A stretch of DNA of 64,000 nucleotides, taken from assembly GCA_038087875.1 (NCBI GenBank), contig CM075992.1, forward strand, positions 2,668,001-2,732,000, read 5' to 3'. The notes under the pieces were generated by a model. That model did no database searches. It had not been told where the DNA came from and worked only from the letters and a program-made list of their open reading frames with translations. Position 1 is the stretch's first letter. Each line of letters starts with the position of its first letter. This stretch comes from Malacoraja senta (lineage: Eukaryota). A program made the translations under genes and the position numbers. Below are positions 49,598-63,706 of this stretch, piece after piece.

Positions 49598-52500
49598 GAA
49601 GGCAGTGGAGGCCAATTCACTGGATGTATTCAAGAGAGAGTTAGATATTGCTCTTGGAGCTAATGGAATCAAGGGATATGGGGAGAAAGCAGGAACGGGG
49701 TACTGATTCTGGATGATCAGCCACGATGATATTGAATGGCTGTGCTGGCTCGAAGTGCCAAATGGCCTACTCCTGCACCTATTTTTTTATGTTTCTAATG
49801 TGAAAAGAGTTCTTTCAAAATAACACTGGATTTCTCTAAATATACTAAGACGGTAATTCTAAGTTTCCATTTATGCTATGTTACAATTAACCGAAGAGCA
49901 CTGTTTCGTTTAGCACTCCATTTTCTAGAAACGCTAATCAAGGCATTACTGTGGAGAGCATTAAAATAGGCAATGCTCTGGCAAATAGAGTAAAAGGCGG
50001 GAAACTGTGCAGTTGTCCATTCTTGCAGCATTAGGGGGGAAAAGCATGCTATCAAAATGCTGAGAGATTGCGGAAAGGCCTGGATGTCTTCGATCATGAC
50101 TTGCACAAGGCCAGCATACACACACGGCAAGTAAAAACAAGAAAGCTGTCATCCTTTACTGTGAGGGAAGTTAGAAAGGTAGGAAAGTTATGCTTCAGTT
50201 GAGAGCAGAACTGATAAGATCTATGATGTTGTGCACTATACTGGAATACTTATTCAAGGAAGTATGTGGTACATTCGAGCCAGAAAAGCTTTACCAGACT
50301 AATATCTGAGATGGGCAGGTTGTGTTCTAGGGAAGGTTTGACAAGCCATCTTGTATCCACTGGAGATAGACACAAACTGCTGGAGTAACTCAGCGGGTCA
50401 TGCAGCATCTCTGGAGAAAAGGAATGGATGACATTTTGGGTCAAGACCCTTCAGAGCGAGAATGGATCTGATTGAAACACTAGAACCAGAGGAGTCTTGA
50501 CCGAGTGGATATGAAGAAAGAGTTTCCTCTTGTGGAAGAATCAAGAACTAGGGAATGACTATTTAAAACTAAGAGGTCATCTAATTTTCCACTGACACTC
50601 ATAACTTACTGAGAATATAACAGAATATGGAGCTGAGGTTACATTCAGATATATCATGATATTATAGAATAGCAGAGCAGGCACATATGTTGTAATATGA
50701 ATATATTTGTAATATGTTTCTCTTGTGTCTCATATGTTGTAACCTGACCTAAATCAAATGCAGTGGTATCTTCAGGCCCAGGTTAAGAACCAAGCTCTAC
50801 AGTGTATTCAGACACTGCAGCACAATAACAGCAGGTTATTGCAAAGGCCCACTGCCTAATCCATCACACTGCTTGGTCACGAAGAATGAAAGGCGTTAAT
50901 ACAAGTTGGTCTGCGATTCTTTTTTTGCTCTCTCCTCAGAGAGCAAAGATTTTCCTTACTTCGTTTGTGGTCAATTTCAGCAATCCACACATGGAGCTTT
51001 TTTGGTATTCATCCATAATTAAACATAACAGCACAGAATAAATGCTTCATCAAATGAAACTGGATCAATAGAAAACATTTCCAAGCACACATTCCCAGCA
51101 CTGACAAAGGATCAGAGGATTTGCAACCGAAGCAATCTTTCTGTTTTCAGGCGATGTCTATTTTCAGTATTTCCTCTTTTTTAATTTCTTTGTCCACGGT
51201 TTGCATTGTACGGAGGGCGTACCACATTTGCAAGTCAAAGCTTCACTGCACATTGACTGCAAAGTACAAGTACATTGTACTCATAAGCTCATTCTAGGGC
51301 TAATGAAGGACATTATCTCCAATGCTCAGCTTCCACACATGGGCAGGTGGGACTCGTGTAGATGGGACATGTTGGCCGGTATGGACAAGTTGGGCCGAAG
51401 GGCCTGTTTCCACCCTGTGTCACTCTGTGACTCTTTGACACAATCACAGAGCCAAAAGACTGCCTGTTCACGTGGAGCTGTTCACATTCATGCTGCATAC
51501 GCCCCTTGTTTTATTGTGGCATAAGAATTGTAATTGTATAATACTAGACACAATTGTACAGACATGGGGAGATAGTTTTCGGAAAGTGGTAATGCAGGTA
51601 GACAGGGAGGTGAAGACAGCACTAGGCACACTTGCCTTCACCAGTCAGGGCATTGAGTACAGGAGTTGGGACGTTATCGTACAAGTGGACGGTGAGAGCA
51701 CACCCCGAGTATTATTTGCATTTCAGATTGCCCAGCTGTAGGAATGACATTGCCAAAGGTAGGCAATTGGGATCTTAGATAGATACAAAATACTGGAGTA
51801 ACTCAGCTGTTCAGCCAGCATCTCTGGAGACAAGTAGGAGGTGATATTTCAGTTCGGAACCCTTCTTCAGACGGTTCCAATCTGAGGAAGTCCCTTCCAG
51901 TCTGAAGAAGGGTCCTGACCCGAAACATCACCTATTTCTTTTCTCCTGAGCCACTGTTACTCCAGTATTTTGTATCTATCTTCAATATAAACCTACATTT
52001 GCTGTTCCTTCCTACACAAATAGACATCTTGGTTGACATTGATGAGTTGGCCAAAGGGCCTGTTTTGGTGCTTTATAACTATCACCCTAACTATGTGGCT
52101 GTCGTGGATCACTGTGCCAAGAGTGTGTGAATGTTTCCCAGAAGTTTCAACATTCTCACCAGAGGTCCTGCAAGTTTATCTTGGATATGGCATAACAGCC
52201 ATTCTACATGAACAGTTTAACCACTAAAGCCATTTGTTTCAATGGATACATTCCCCCCAGCTGCAGACAATCAAACAACGTTAATATTTTTAAGAAAAGC
52301 TGCAAACATTATTGCTGATAAATGAGATTAATTGCAACTGAGATCCGACAATTGGAAAGGAAGCGAATGTACGGGAGAATTTGCACAGAATAACAGGATC
52401 TGGAATGCACCATGCGAGCTATGATGAAAGCAGATTCAAATGCAACTATAAGATAGTAAGGAAAGAAGTCCCCATGTTCAAGTCAAGTCAAGTTTATTCG

Positions 52501-55500
52501 TCACATACACATACGAGATGTGCAGTGAAATGAAAAGTGGCAATGCTCGCGAATTGTGCAAAAAACAAACAAACAAACTACAAACAGAGTGGAACAGAAT
52601 CACATATTCTTTTACATATTAAATATTGTGGGCGGAAGGAAAAAGGGAAAAAACCCCAGCAATTTTGGAGAGAGTGGAGGGGAGCAGAATGAGTGGCGAC
52701 CTTTCATGGAGCTAGCACACCCACAAGAGGCCAAATATTCCTCTATTGCCTGACCGCTAAGGAAGGGGCCAACTGATGACAGGAAATGGAGGAAATTATC
52801 CCAAGGAATTGAAAAATGCAAGTTTTCCAATGGACTCGCGTTGAAGTAACTTGCTCCATGGAGCCAGCTAGTGGCCAGAACAAACATAGTGACAGCCATC
52901 AAGCAAAGTCACAGCATCAAAACATATACGTTGACAATGTGGAGTAGACTTTGTGGTCACAATCTCTTCTGTGGGAATTGCAGTTTAACAATACATTCAA
53001 TGGATTGGTTACAATTTATTTTACAGACACTTCTGTGCATTAAGAATAATTTTTCAACTCAAGGCTCTAACCTGCTCAGTGCCACTCCCGAGTCTACTTG
53101 GGTCATGGCCAATAGTGGAAAAAAACTTGGAAGTGAACAGGTTAATAGTGCCCTAACAAATAGAGAATCAGGAGTAGGTGACTCATTGACTAAGACCATG
53201 AACGACCTTTTCGCTCAGGATCACTTTCTTGAAGTCACCCCGTATCCCTTGATTCTCTTCATATAAAAAAATATACTCATTGACTAGGCCTCCATAATCC
53301 TCCTGGGTAGAGATTTGAAATTTTTTTTACAACCCTCTAGGTTTAAAAAAAATCCGTCTCACCACATTTCAGCATAGCTGGTCCCTTGTTATGAGACTAG
53401 AACCTTCTGATTCTTGGTCAGGGGATTCCCTTCTTTGCAAAACACATTTAAGAATGTTATGGTTCAACAAGTCAAGCTTTCTTACTTCCAAATGTTAGGG
53501 TGTTTGGCCCCGTTTCCTTAATTTTAGTTTAGTTTTGTCTTGTGATAAAGCATGGAAACAGGCTCTTCGGCCCAAGGTCCATGCTGACCCATTCACACCA
53601 GTTCTGTGTTATCTCACTTTCTCATCCACTGCCTGCACTCTAGGGGCAATTTACAGAGGGTAATTAACCTACAAACTCGCACATCTTTGGGGTGTGGGAG
53701 GAAACTGGAGCACCTGGAGGAAACCTACAAGATCACAGGGAGAACGTGCGAACTCCACTCAGACAGCACATGAGATCAGGATCAAATCCGGGTTTCTGGC
53801 GCTGTAAGGGAGCAACTCTACCAGCAGTTCCACCAGCTGTGCCCCCCTTCTCTCCTCGTACAATGAACTCACCCGTTACACTAATCAGCTTGATGAACCT
53901 TTGAGACACTTCCTATGCCACAATCAAACCCTTCCTTGGGTAAGACAACCAGGCCTGTACACAATATTCCAGCTGCAGTACCACTAGAGCAATATTTGAT
54001 TACATTAAAGCAGCTTTACTCTTGCAATGAAAAGTAAAATGTCTTTTAGCTTCCAAATGATATGTTGTACCTGCTCATCAGCTTCCAGTGATTTGCAAAG
54101 ACAACCAGGTCCCATTAAATAACAAATACAAAAGCAGCCAAGACAATCAAATAACATTTCCACCTAGGACATTCATTATTTGCTCCTCTCCCGTTTGGTA
54201 GATGATACACAGACTTGATCGCATGTACCACCAGATTCAGGAAGTTGCTTTCCTGGTGTTAGAAGACTATATAGACCTTTCATAAGCAACGGGTGAAGTC
54301 CCGATCTACCAATCGACCTCATTGTGGCCCATGTACGTTTTATCTGCATTTTCTGTAACTAATATTATAACGCTGAAACACCCTATTCTGCACTCTTGCT
54401 ATTTTTCTCTTTGCATTACCTATTGTGTTTGTATATGGCTTGAATATACTATGATTTGACTGGATAGCGTACTTTTTCACTAAATTCCTGTACACGTGAC
54501 AAAATAATATCTTTCAACATCTCGCTATTTAACAGTAGCCTTCTCCTATTTTTCCACATTATATTCCATCCATATCCTTGCCCTTTTGCCAAGCTGATTT
54601 ATAAATTTCCTAAAGTCCCTCTCAATCATCTTCACATCAGCAAATTTCCATTTATTACACTGGTCCTCTTATTCAACTCATTGCTACTGACGATGAAGTA
54701 CTCGCGCCCAGTGCCAATCTTCAGCACTCACCAATCTCAGACGCTCAACCAATTATTCCTATTCTGCTTTCATTAACTAATCAATCCACATCACGATATT
54801 TCCCCAAAATATGCTCTCATTCTTCTCAAAGATAATCTGAAAATACAAATATGAACATATAAATTAGGAGCAAGAGTAGACCAGTCAACCCTTTATAGTT
54901 CAGTAATGATCCATCGTTCTACATTTCCATCAATTCCACACCAGCACATAACTGGTTCACTAATATCTATTCTGTTAATTACGATTTCACAAGAATTTAA
55001 TAGTTTTATCCAAACATGATTTCCCTTTAATAAATGCACTGCTTAATTCTTTTATTACTTTTCGGTTCCCCTTTACCACTTCCTTTATAACTCATCTATG
55101 GTTCCCCATCTTCTCTCCCGATTTAATAATCTTCCAGTTTTGGAATCAGTTGAAAACCGATAGATTAGGTTATTTTAATGACCAGTCTGTTCAGAAGCAC
55201 AGCAGAAAACTTTAAAGAGTTCCACATACCATCACACAGTTTAGGATGATTATTGGCCATCTGAACAATTCTTAGACAAAGGGGAAGAAGCAACTAAACA
55301 TGTTTTTAAAAAAAACCCTGACAAAGTGGCCAACTCTTCTTCAAATGTACGGAATGTTCCACTCTAAATGCATGGCTCATCCGGCCCTTATCCTGTAGAT
55401 ACCAACAAGCTGTTCGGCCTAAGGTCATTTCCGAGAACTCAACATCATTCTTGTCCGACACCAATACATTTGGGTCACTGGACATGTCTCATACTCCATA

Positions 55501-56008
55501 CGTACGAAAATGCTGTAGATATTGCACAGGTCAGGCACAGGAGTTAATGTTTCAGGTCGACGTGGTGGGGAGGCCTGCAGGGAGAAAGCCTAGATGCAGA
55601 ATACAAGGTCTGGTAACATCTGCGTAGGAAGGAACTGCAGATATTGCTTTAAACCGAAGACAGACACAAAAAACCTGGAGTAACTCCGCGGTTCAGGCAG
55701 CATCTCTGGAGAAAAGGAATTGGTGACGTTTTGGGTCAAGACCCTTCTTCAGACTGCCAGTCTTCAGTCTGAACAACTCCAGCTGGTTACTCCAGCTTTT
55801 TGTGTCTATCTTATAGTAACATCTGTGTTGAGAGAAAGACTAAAGTTAATGTTTCAGGTGGAGGTCCCTCCATCAGAACTGGCCAGTTCTGACAAACGGT
55901 AAAGGTGATTATCTTAAATTGTTGAATTCTACATTAAGTCCCAAGGACAATAATCACTGACATACAATGGTCCAGTATAAAAAATGGCTCCAATTCATGT
56001 GCATATCT

Positions 56009-56420
56009 GTTCGATGACGTTGAGCTTGGCGGTGGTAAGGCCTTCAACATTGAGCTGCAGTAGCGCTAAACCTCGTCAGTTGGTGGCATTTAACGGTGCC
56101 GCCTGGCCTGGGGAGGCAAACTTTTAGCGGTCTACAGACGTGGTAAAGACATTGGTTTTGCTTTGTGGGCTTATGAGCCTGTAAGCTACTCGTAGAGGAG
56201 GCCGCGTAGAGGCTAGGCCGCGTAGAAGCCTCGTGGACAGCACCTCCTGCGAGTGTGGGGACCCAACACAGACAGTGGAGCACATAGTCACCAGTTGCCC
56301 CAAACACCGGCCACCGAATGGTGAACGAGGTCTGATTGACCTGGACGATGACACGTTGGCCTGACTCGCCTCAACGGAGCTGCAGGTCTAAAAGACACAC
56401 GACAGAAGAAGAAGAAGAAG
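56009..56420 (+). mobile_element. Ingi/Vingi-like (I-group) LINE derivative with an inverted 5' segment
   Basis: 12-bp TSD ATGTGCATATCT at 55997-56008 and 56421-56432; (GAA)n tail; + strand CECG..QTVEHIVTSCP zinc knuckle; - strand LLQLNVEGL. Confidence 0.75.
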
Positions 56421-57943
56421 ATGTGCATATCTCACCAGCACACTGAGAGTGCCTCTTCATACCGATCAATTGGGGAATTATTTAACTTACTGAACACAAC
56501 TGTACACCAACCTGCCACCTGAATTGTGTGACAAATCCAAAATGTGCTGCAGAATCATCAGATCTGAAAGTCACAATGCAAGCTTTATGCAGACTTGCCT
56601 TATAACCTGAAGCACTTTGCTGAGGTTTCCTGTCAACTGGTAAATTGCATATTTTCAAATATTTAAGGGATTTCACCAACTGTTAGATTCTCAGTACTCT
56701 ACATATTTTATCCAGTTTATGATCGTTTTTGCCTGTCCGGGGTCCAAATCTGCTTCCCCTCAGTAAAATCAAGACAACAATTTCTTCTACTAATTCTCTT
56801 ACAAGAACATTAAAATTATCAAAATATCTTTTGTTACAACCTGCAGGATTTTTTTTAAATAGAGTGGCAACAAACCACCCAATTTTTGAGCACCTTCATC
56901 ATTCATCCTCTTCTCAAATTTGTTATTTGACAAACTGTCAGCAACACCTTCCACGATTGTATTATAGTGAAATGTCAGTAGCAGCAGTATTTAGACAGAT
57001 AAACTATGCCCAGCGTTTTTGTGGACAATATGGACTTGGATAATTTACCATTTGTTGCGGTATGTGTTGTGATTGATCTGTAACAGATTGCATAGATAGA
57101 GGCGCACCCAGTCCTGGAGCACATATCTTCATTTGTGTGTAAGAAGGAACAGCAGATGCTGGTTTACACTGAAATTAGACACAAAATGCTGGAGTATTTC
57201 AGCTGGACAAGCAGCATCTCTGGATAGAAGGAATGGGTGATGTTTTGGGTTGAGTCCTTTCTTCAGACTGAAGAAGGGTCACGGCCCGAAACGTCACCTA
57301 TTCCTACTATCCAGAAATGCTGCCTGTCCAGCTGAATTACTCCAGATGTTGGTTGACACAAAAGGCCACAAAAGTGCTGGAGTAACTCAGTGGGTCAGGC
57401 AGCATCTCGGGTGAACATGGATAGGTGACTTTTCAGATCGGGACCCTTATGAGTCTTGACCCCAAATGTCACCAAGTCAAGTTCTCCAGAGATGCTGCCT
57501 GACCCAGAGGCAGCATCTCTGGATGGAAGGAATGAGTGACGTTGTGGGTCGAGACCATTCTTCATTTTGTAGCCAGATTATCAAGGTCCATTAATAATAA
57601 TCTTAACATTGCCCCATTTGGGGTTCTGGAAGGTTGATTCAGCTTAATATAATTCATCTATCATTTGTGGCATGAAATTCAACTTTCCCACTACTCTGGG
57701 TAAATAAAGTTTCTCCTGAATTCTCCCTAGATTTATTCACACATTTCTTACATGTGCAGCTCCATGGTTTGGATACACTCAGTTTTCCCCTAAAACACCA
57801 CCTAATCCTTTCACAATTTTCAAGAGCTCCAGAAGTTCTTAGCCTTCTCCATTCTAGCGAAACGAAGAAGTGTCTCGACCTGAAACGTCACCCATTCCTT
57901 CTCTCCAGAGATGCTGCCTGTCCCGCTGAGTTACTCCAGCATT

Positions 57944-59233
57944 TGGATAGAGAAGTGGTTGGCTGACATGGATAGAGAAGTGGTTGGCAGACTGACATGG
58001 ATACAGAAGTGGTTGGCAGACAGGAAACAAAGAGTAGGGATTAACGGGTCCCTTTCAGAATGGCAGGCAACGACTAGTGGGGTACCGCAAGGCTCGGTGC
58101 TGGGACCGCAGCTATTTACAATATACATCAATGATTTGGATGAAGGGATTCAATGTAATATTAGCAAATTTGCAGATGACACAAAGCTGGGTGGCAGTGT
58201 GAACTGTGAGGAGGATGCTATGAGAATGCAGGGTGACTTGGACAGGTTGGGGGAGTGGGCAGATGAAGTTTAATGCGGATAAATGTGAGGTTATCCACTT
58301 TGGTAGCAAAAACAGGAAGGCAGATTACTATCTAAATGGTGTCAAGTTGGGAAAAGGGGAAGTACAACGGTATCTGGGGGTCCTTGTACATCAGTCTATG
58401 AAAGTAAGCATGCAGGTACAGCAGGCAGTGAAGAAAACGAATGGCATGTTCGCCTTTATAACAAGAGGAATCGAATATAGGAGCAAAGAGGTCTTTCTGC
58501 AGTTGTACAGAGCCCTAGTGAGACCACACCTGGAGTATTGTGTGCAGTTTTGGTCCCCTAATTTGAGGAAGGACATTCCTGCTATTGAGGGAGTGCAGCC
58601 TAGGTTTACAAGGTTAATTCCCGGGATGGCGGGACTGTCATATGCTGAGATAATGGAGCGGCTGGGCTTGTACACTCTGGAGTTTAGAAGGATAAGAGGG
58701 AATCTCATTGAAACATATAAGATTGTTAAGGGCTTGGACACACTAGAGGCCGGAAACATGTTCCCGATGTTGGTGGAGTCCAGAACCAGGGGCCACAGTT
58801 TAAGAATAAGGAGTAAGCCATTTAGAATGGAGACGAGGAAACCCTTTTTCTCACAGAATAGAATAGAAACTTTATTTGCCACACGACCAGGGTTGGTGGT
58901 AATTGGGTTCGGTACATGATGGTACACTGCTTTAGCACATTAACACTAATAACAACACAGATCATAATAATAAAGCACATCACAAATCACAAATCTCACC
59001 AACAATACATAGTGCAAAAGAGTGGTGAGTCTGTGGAATTCTCTGCCTCAAGAGGGCGGTGGAGGCAGGTTCTCTGGATGCTTTCAAGAGAGAGCTAGAT
59101 AGGGCTCTTAAAAATACCAGAGTCAGGGGATATGGGGAGAAGGCCGGAACGGGGTACTGATTGGGGATGATCAGCCATGATCACATTGAATGGCGGTGCT
59201 GGCTCGAAAGGCCAAATGGCCTACTCCTGCACC
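57944..59233 (+). mobile_element. CR1 LINE 3' portion (RT), with a small insertion at ~58857-59018
   Basis: GVPQGSVLGP, KFADDTK, RPHLEYCVQFW; (CTATTGT)n tail; inserted into a Penelope repeat that resumes at ~59234. Confidence 0.9.
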
Positions 59234-59589
59234 TATTGTCTATTGTCTATTGTCATTTTGTGTCTACCTTTGGTTTAAACCAGCATCTGCAGTTCCTTCC
59301 TTCACAACTTTTTAATCTTTTACAAACCTCTCCACTGCCTTACCTCGTTCCTTACATTCCTCTCATAATCCACTCCTTTCACCAAATATCTGGTGTTTTA
59401 TGCCAGTATTCTTTTTAAGTAGCTTGGACTGTTTAATATATATGTGGAGCATTCACTAACTTCCTTTCATGACGCTTTAAAAAAATATTTATGGGAATGG
59501 GTACTTTCCCGACAAGGCTTGCAATTATTTCCCATCCTTAAATGGGATTGTCCAGGCACGGAGCCAACTACTTAAACTGCTGCAATATT

Positions 59590-59985
59590 CCATGGAGCGT
59601 AGGAGGATGAGGGGAGATCTTATAAAAGTGTACAAAATCATGAGAAGAATAGACCAGGTAGATGCACAGAGTCTTTTCCCCAGAGTAGGGGAATTGAGGA
59701 CCAGAGGACATAGGTTCAAGGTGAAGGGGAAAAGATTTAATAGGAATCCAAGGGGTCACTTTTTCATGCAGAGGGTGTATGGAACAAGCTGCCAGAGGAG
59801 GTAGTTGAGGCTGGGACTATCCCATCGTCTAAGAAACAGTTGGACAGGTACGTAGATAGGACAGGTTTGGAGGGTTATGGACCAAGTGCAGGCAAGTGGG
59901 ACTCGGGTAGCTGGGACATTGTTGGTCGGTGTGGGCGAGATGGGCCGAAGGGCGTGTTTCCACACAGTATCACTATAGGACTCTA
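59590..59985 (+). mobile_element. HER1/CR1 3' fragment
   Basis: MERRRMRGDLIKVYKIM..RTRGHRFKVKG; tail GGGCCGAAGGGCGTGTTTCCAC shared with the V-SINE tail. Confidence 0.8.
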
Positions 59986-61626
59986 GGACAATATGTATTA
60001 TGCTTCAGCACAGTGGTTTAGAGACAAATGTGTGGCTGGCTGGCTGAGCTCTTTCAATTCCACCTTGTGTCCGGTCCTGTCCAGTGGCCCAGTTCCTTAG
60101 CAGGTTAATTCTCAGGTCATTTAGTCAGACTTATTACTGATGAATTAAATAATGGCATTCACGGTGATCCCCGAGTATGCAAATGCATGATGAAACCACA
60201 AATAACACAGTGAAATAAATAATACTGCAGTGTTTCAACAGAAAGAAACACGGGTGTAAACAACCGTTAAGACCATCTGGAGAACAAACATCTCTTCAAT
60301 GGTTCTAAAGATTTTCTTTTCACTACCTTTGTCAGTTATCTTGGTTTGCAAATTACATGCTGCAATCACTTCCCATGGTTCGGGTCAAGTCCAACCTTTG
60401 TCATTTTAGTTTTTTTTTGTTTTAGACATACTGTGCGGAAACAGGCCCTTCGACCCACCGAATCCCTGCTGACCAGCACCCCGTACACTAACACTATCCT
60501 ACACAATAGGGGCTACTTACAATATCAAGCCAATTAGCCTACGTCTTTGGACTGTGGGAGGAAACCGGAGCACCTAGACAAAACCCACGCAGGTCATAGG
60601 GGAACGTACAAATTCTGTACAGACAAGTACCCATAGTCAGGATCAAACCCGGGCCTCTAGAAGAAAGAAACTCTACCCCTACGCCACCATGCCGCCATTT
60701 CTACCCTCAGCCAACTCAATACACCAAAAGTGTTTGTTATAATTATTTCTTCTTGTTTTTAAACAGCTCTGCTATGCAAAATAATTTTCAATAAGCAGAG
60801 CCAATTTTTTCCCTAATTTAGTACATTCTTCTGTAGCACAACTAGCACCGGCAACAGTTAATGTCAGTGAGGGATGACGGCCCACAGAGATCTCAGATGG
60901 CCAAGCCACTTCCGTTCAGACTCTCCACAGTGATTGCTGGAAGCAGAAAAGCCAAGCGCAGCCACAACAAGGTCCATTGCACACATGGGGATTTTTACTG
61001 GAAGGATAAGCTGAAAGGGTCAAGACATCATGTGCCCAAACACTACTCTTGTACAAAATGAAAGAGAAAGCTCTGCTTAAGCAATGAACCTGCTGTCATA
61101 GACATAGCTGTGGAATGGATCAAGTTGCAGTCGGAGGGGTGGGTGAGGGTGTAAGGTGGGTGGGTGAAAGCTGATCAGAGTTTGAGGTGCTTAGAATATA
61201 CTCATGTGAATAGTATAGGAAGGAACCGCAGGTGCTGGTTTATACCGAAGATAGACACACAAAATGCCGGAGTAACTCAATGGGTCAGACAGCATCTCTG
61301 GAGAAGGAATAAGTGACGTTTCAGGTCAAAACCCGAAAGTGGGTCTGAGGAAGGGTTCCAACCCAAAATGTCACCGATTCCTTTTTCCAGTGATGCTGCC
61401 TGACCCATTGTTACTCCAGCATTTTGTGACTTTAAAGAGAATAGTACACTGTGCTAGTTTTGACACAGCAGAAATATAAGCATGGCAAATATGTAATTTG
61501 GAAGAAAGCCTAGAACACTTGAGAAAATATAGGAAGCTGTGGCAATGTGGGGTAAATGGAGTGTGAACAGACGTTGGTGGCCTATCAGACCATGAGTTGC
61601 AAAACATTTAGAAATTCCAGATTGGG

Positions 61627-62880
61627 AACATAGAAACATAGAAACATAGAAATTAGGTGCAGGAGTAGGCCATTCGGCCCTTCGAGCCTGCACCGCCATT
61701 CAATATGATCATGGCTGATCATCCAACTCAGTATCCCGTACCTGCCTTCTCTCCATACCCTCTGATCCCTTTAGCCACAAGGGCCACATCTAGCTCCCTC
61801 TTAAATATAGCCAATGAACTGGCCTCGACTACCCTCTGTGGCAGAGAGTTCCAGAGATTCACCACTTTCTGTGAAAAAAGTTCTTCTCATCTCGGTTTTA
61901 AGGATTTCCCCCTTATCCTTAAGCTGTGACCCCTTGTCCTGGACTTCCCCAACATCGGGAGCAATCTTCCTGCATCTAGCCTGTCCAACCCCTTAAGAAT
62001 TTTGTAAGTTTCTATAAGATCCCCTCTCAATCTCCTAAATTCTAGAGAGTATAAACCAAGTCTATCCAGTCTTTCTTCATAAGACAGTCCTGACATCCCA
62101 GGAATCAGTCTGGTGAACCTTCTCTGCACTCCCTCTATGGCAATAATGTCCTTCCTCAGATTTGGAGACCAAAACTGTACGCAATACTCCAGGTGTGGTC
62201 TCACCAAGACCCTGTACAACTGCAGTAGAACCTCCCTGCTCCTATACTCAAATCCTTTTGCTATGAAAGCTAACATACCATTCGCTTTCTTCACTGCCTG
62301 CTGCACCTGCATGCCTACTTTCAATGACTGGTGTATCATGACACCCAGGTCTCGCTGCATGTCCCCTTTTCCTAGTCGGCCACCATTTAGAAAATAGTCT
62401 GCTTTCCTGTTTTTGCCACCAAAATGGATAACCTCACATTTATCCACATTATACTGCATCTGCCAAACATTTGCCCACTCACCCAGCCTATCCAAGTCAC
62501 CTTGCAGTCTCCTAGCATCCTCCTCACAGCTAACACTGCCCCCCAGCTTAGTGTCATCCGCAAACTTGGAGATATTGCCTTCAATTCCCTCATCCAGGTC
62601 ATTAATATATATTGTAAATAGCTGGGGTCCCAGCACTGAGCCTTGTGGTACCCCACTAGTCACTGCCTGCCATTGTGAAAAGGACCCGTTTACTCCTACT
62701 CTTTGCCAGCCAGTTCTCTATCCACATCAATACTGAACCCCCAATGCCATGTGCTTTAAGTTTGTATACTAATCTCTTATGTGGGACCTTGTCAAAAGCT
62801 TTCTGGAAGTCCAGATACACCACATCCACTGGTTCTCCCCTATCCACGCTACTAGTTACATCCTCGAAAAATTCTATAAG
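61627..62880 (-). mobile_element. CR1 LINE 3' portion, same young family as 36191-39955
   Basis: ORFs 61887-62663 and 62656-62892 nearly identical to the large copy; (CATAGAAA)n tail. Confidence 0.92.
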
Positions 62881-63327
62881 AAGGCTAACCATCTTACTGT
62901 AATGCCTCAGCTCCCTGTCCCACCCTATTCTGACAAGTGTTCAGTTCCGTTCAGAGATACAGCGTGGCCCACCGAATCCGCGCCGCCCAGCGATCCCCAT
63001 ACACTATACCCAGTACTATCCTACACACACTAGGGACAATTTACAAATTTACCAAGCCAGTTATCCTGCACATCCATAAGACCTGGGAGTGTGGGAGGAA
63101 ACCGGAGCTCCCGGGGAAAACCCACGCAGATCACGGGGAGAACGTACAACTCTGTACAGACAGCACCCGTAGTCAGGATCGAACCCGGGTCTCTGACGCT
63201 GCAAGGCAGCAACTCTACCGCTGTGCCACCTTGCCGCCCAGGTGACCAGCCCAATTACAGTTGTGCATTTTGACTGCCTCCATGAAATTACCCTGCAACC
63301 AGTGATTTCACTGCCATGGGGAGAAGG

Positions 63328-63706
63328 GTCATAGAAACATAGAAAATAGGTGCAGGAGTAGGCCATTCGGCCCTTCGAGCCTGCACCGCCATTCAATATG
63401 ATCATGGCTGATCATCCAACTCAGTATCCTGTACCTGCCTTCTCTCCATACCCCCTGATCCCTTTAGCCACAAGGGCCACATCTAACTCCCTCTTAAATA
63501 TAGCCAATGAACTGGCCTCAACTACCTTCTATGGCAGAGAATTCCACAGATTCACCACTCTCTGTGTGAAAAATGTTTTTCTCATCTCGGTCCTAAAAGA
63601 CTTCCCACTTATCCTTAAACTGTGACCCCTTGTTCTGGACTTCCCCAACATCGGGAACAATCTTCCTGCATCTAGCTTGTCCAACCCCTTAAGAATTTTG
63701 TAAGTG
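63328..63706 (-). mobile_element. CR1 3' fragment, same family
   Basis: TYKILKGLDKLDAGRLFPMLGKSRTRGHSL; octamer tail. Confidence 0.88.
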
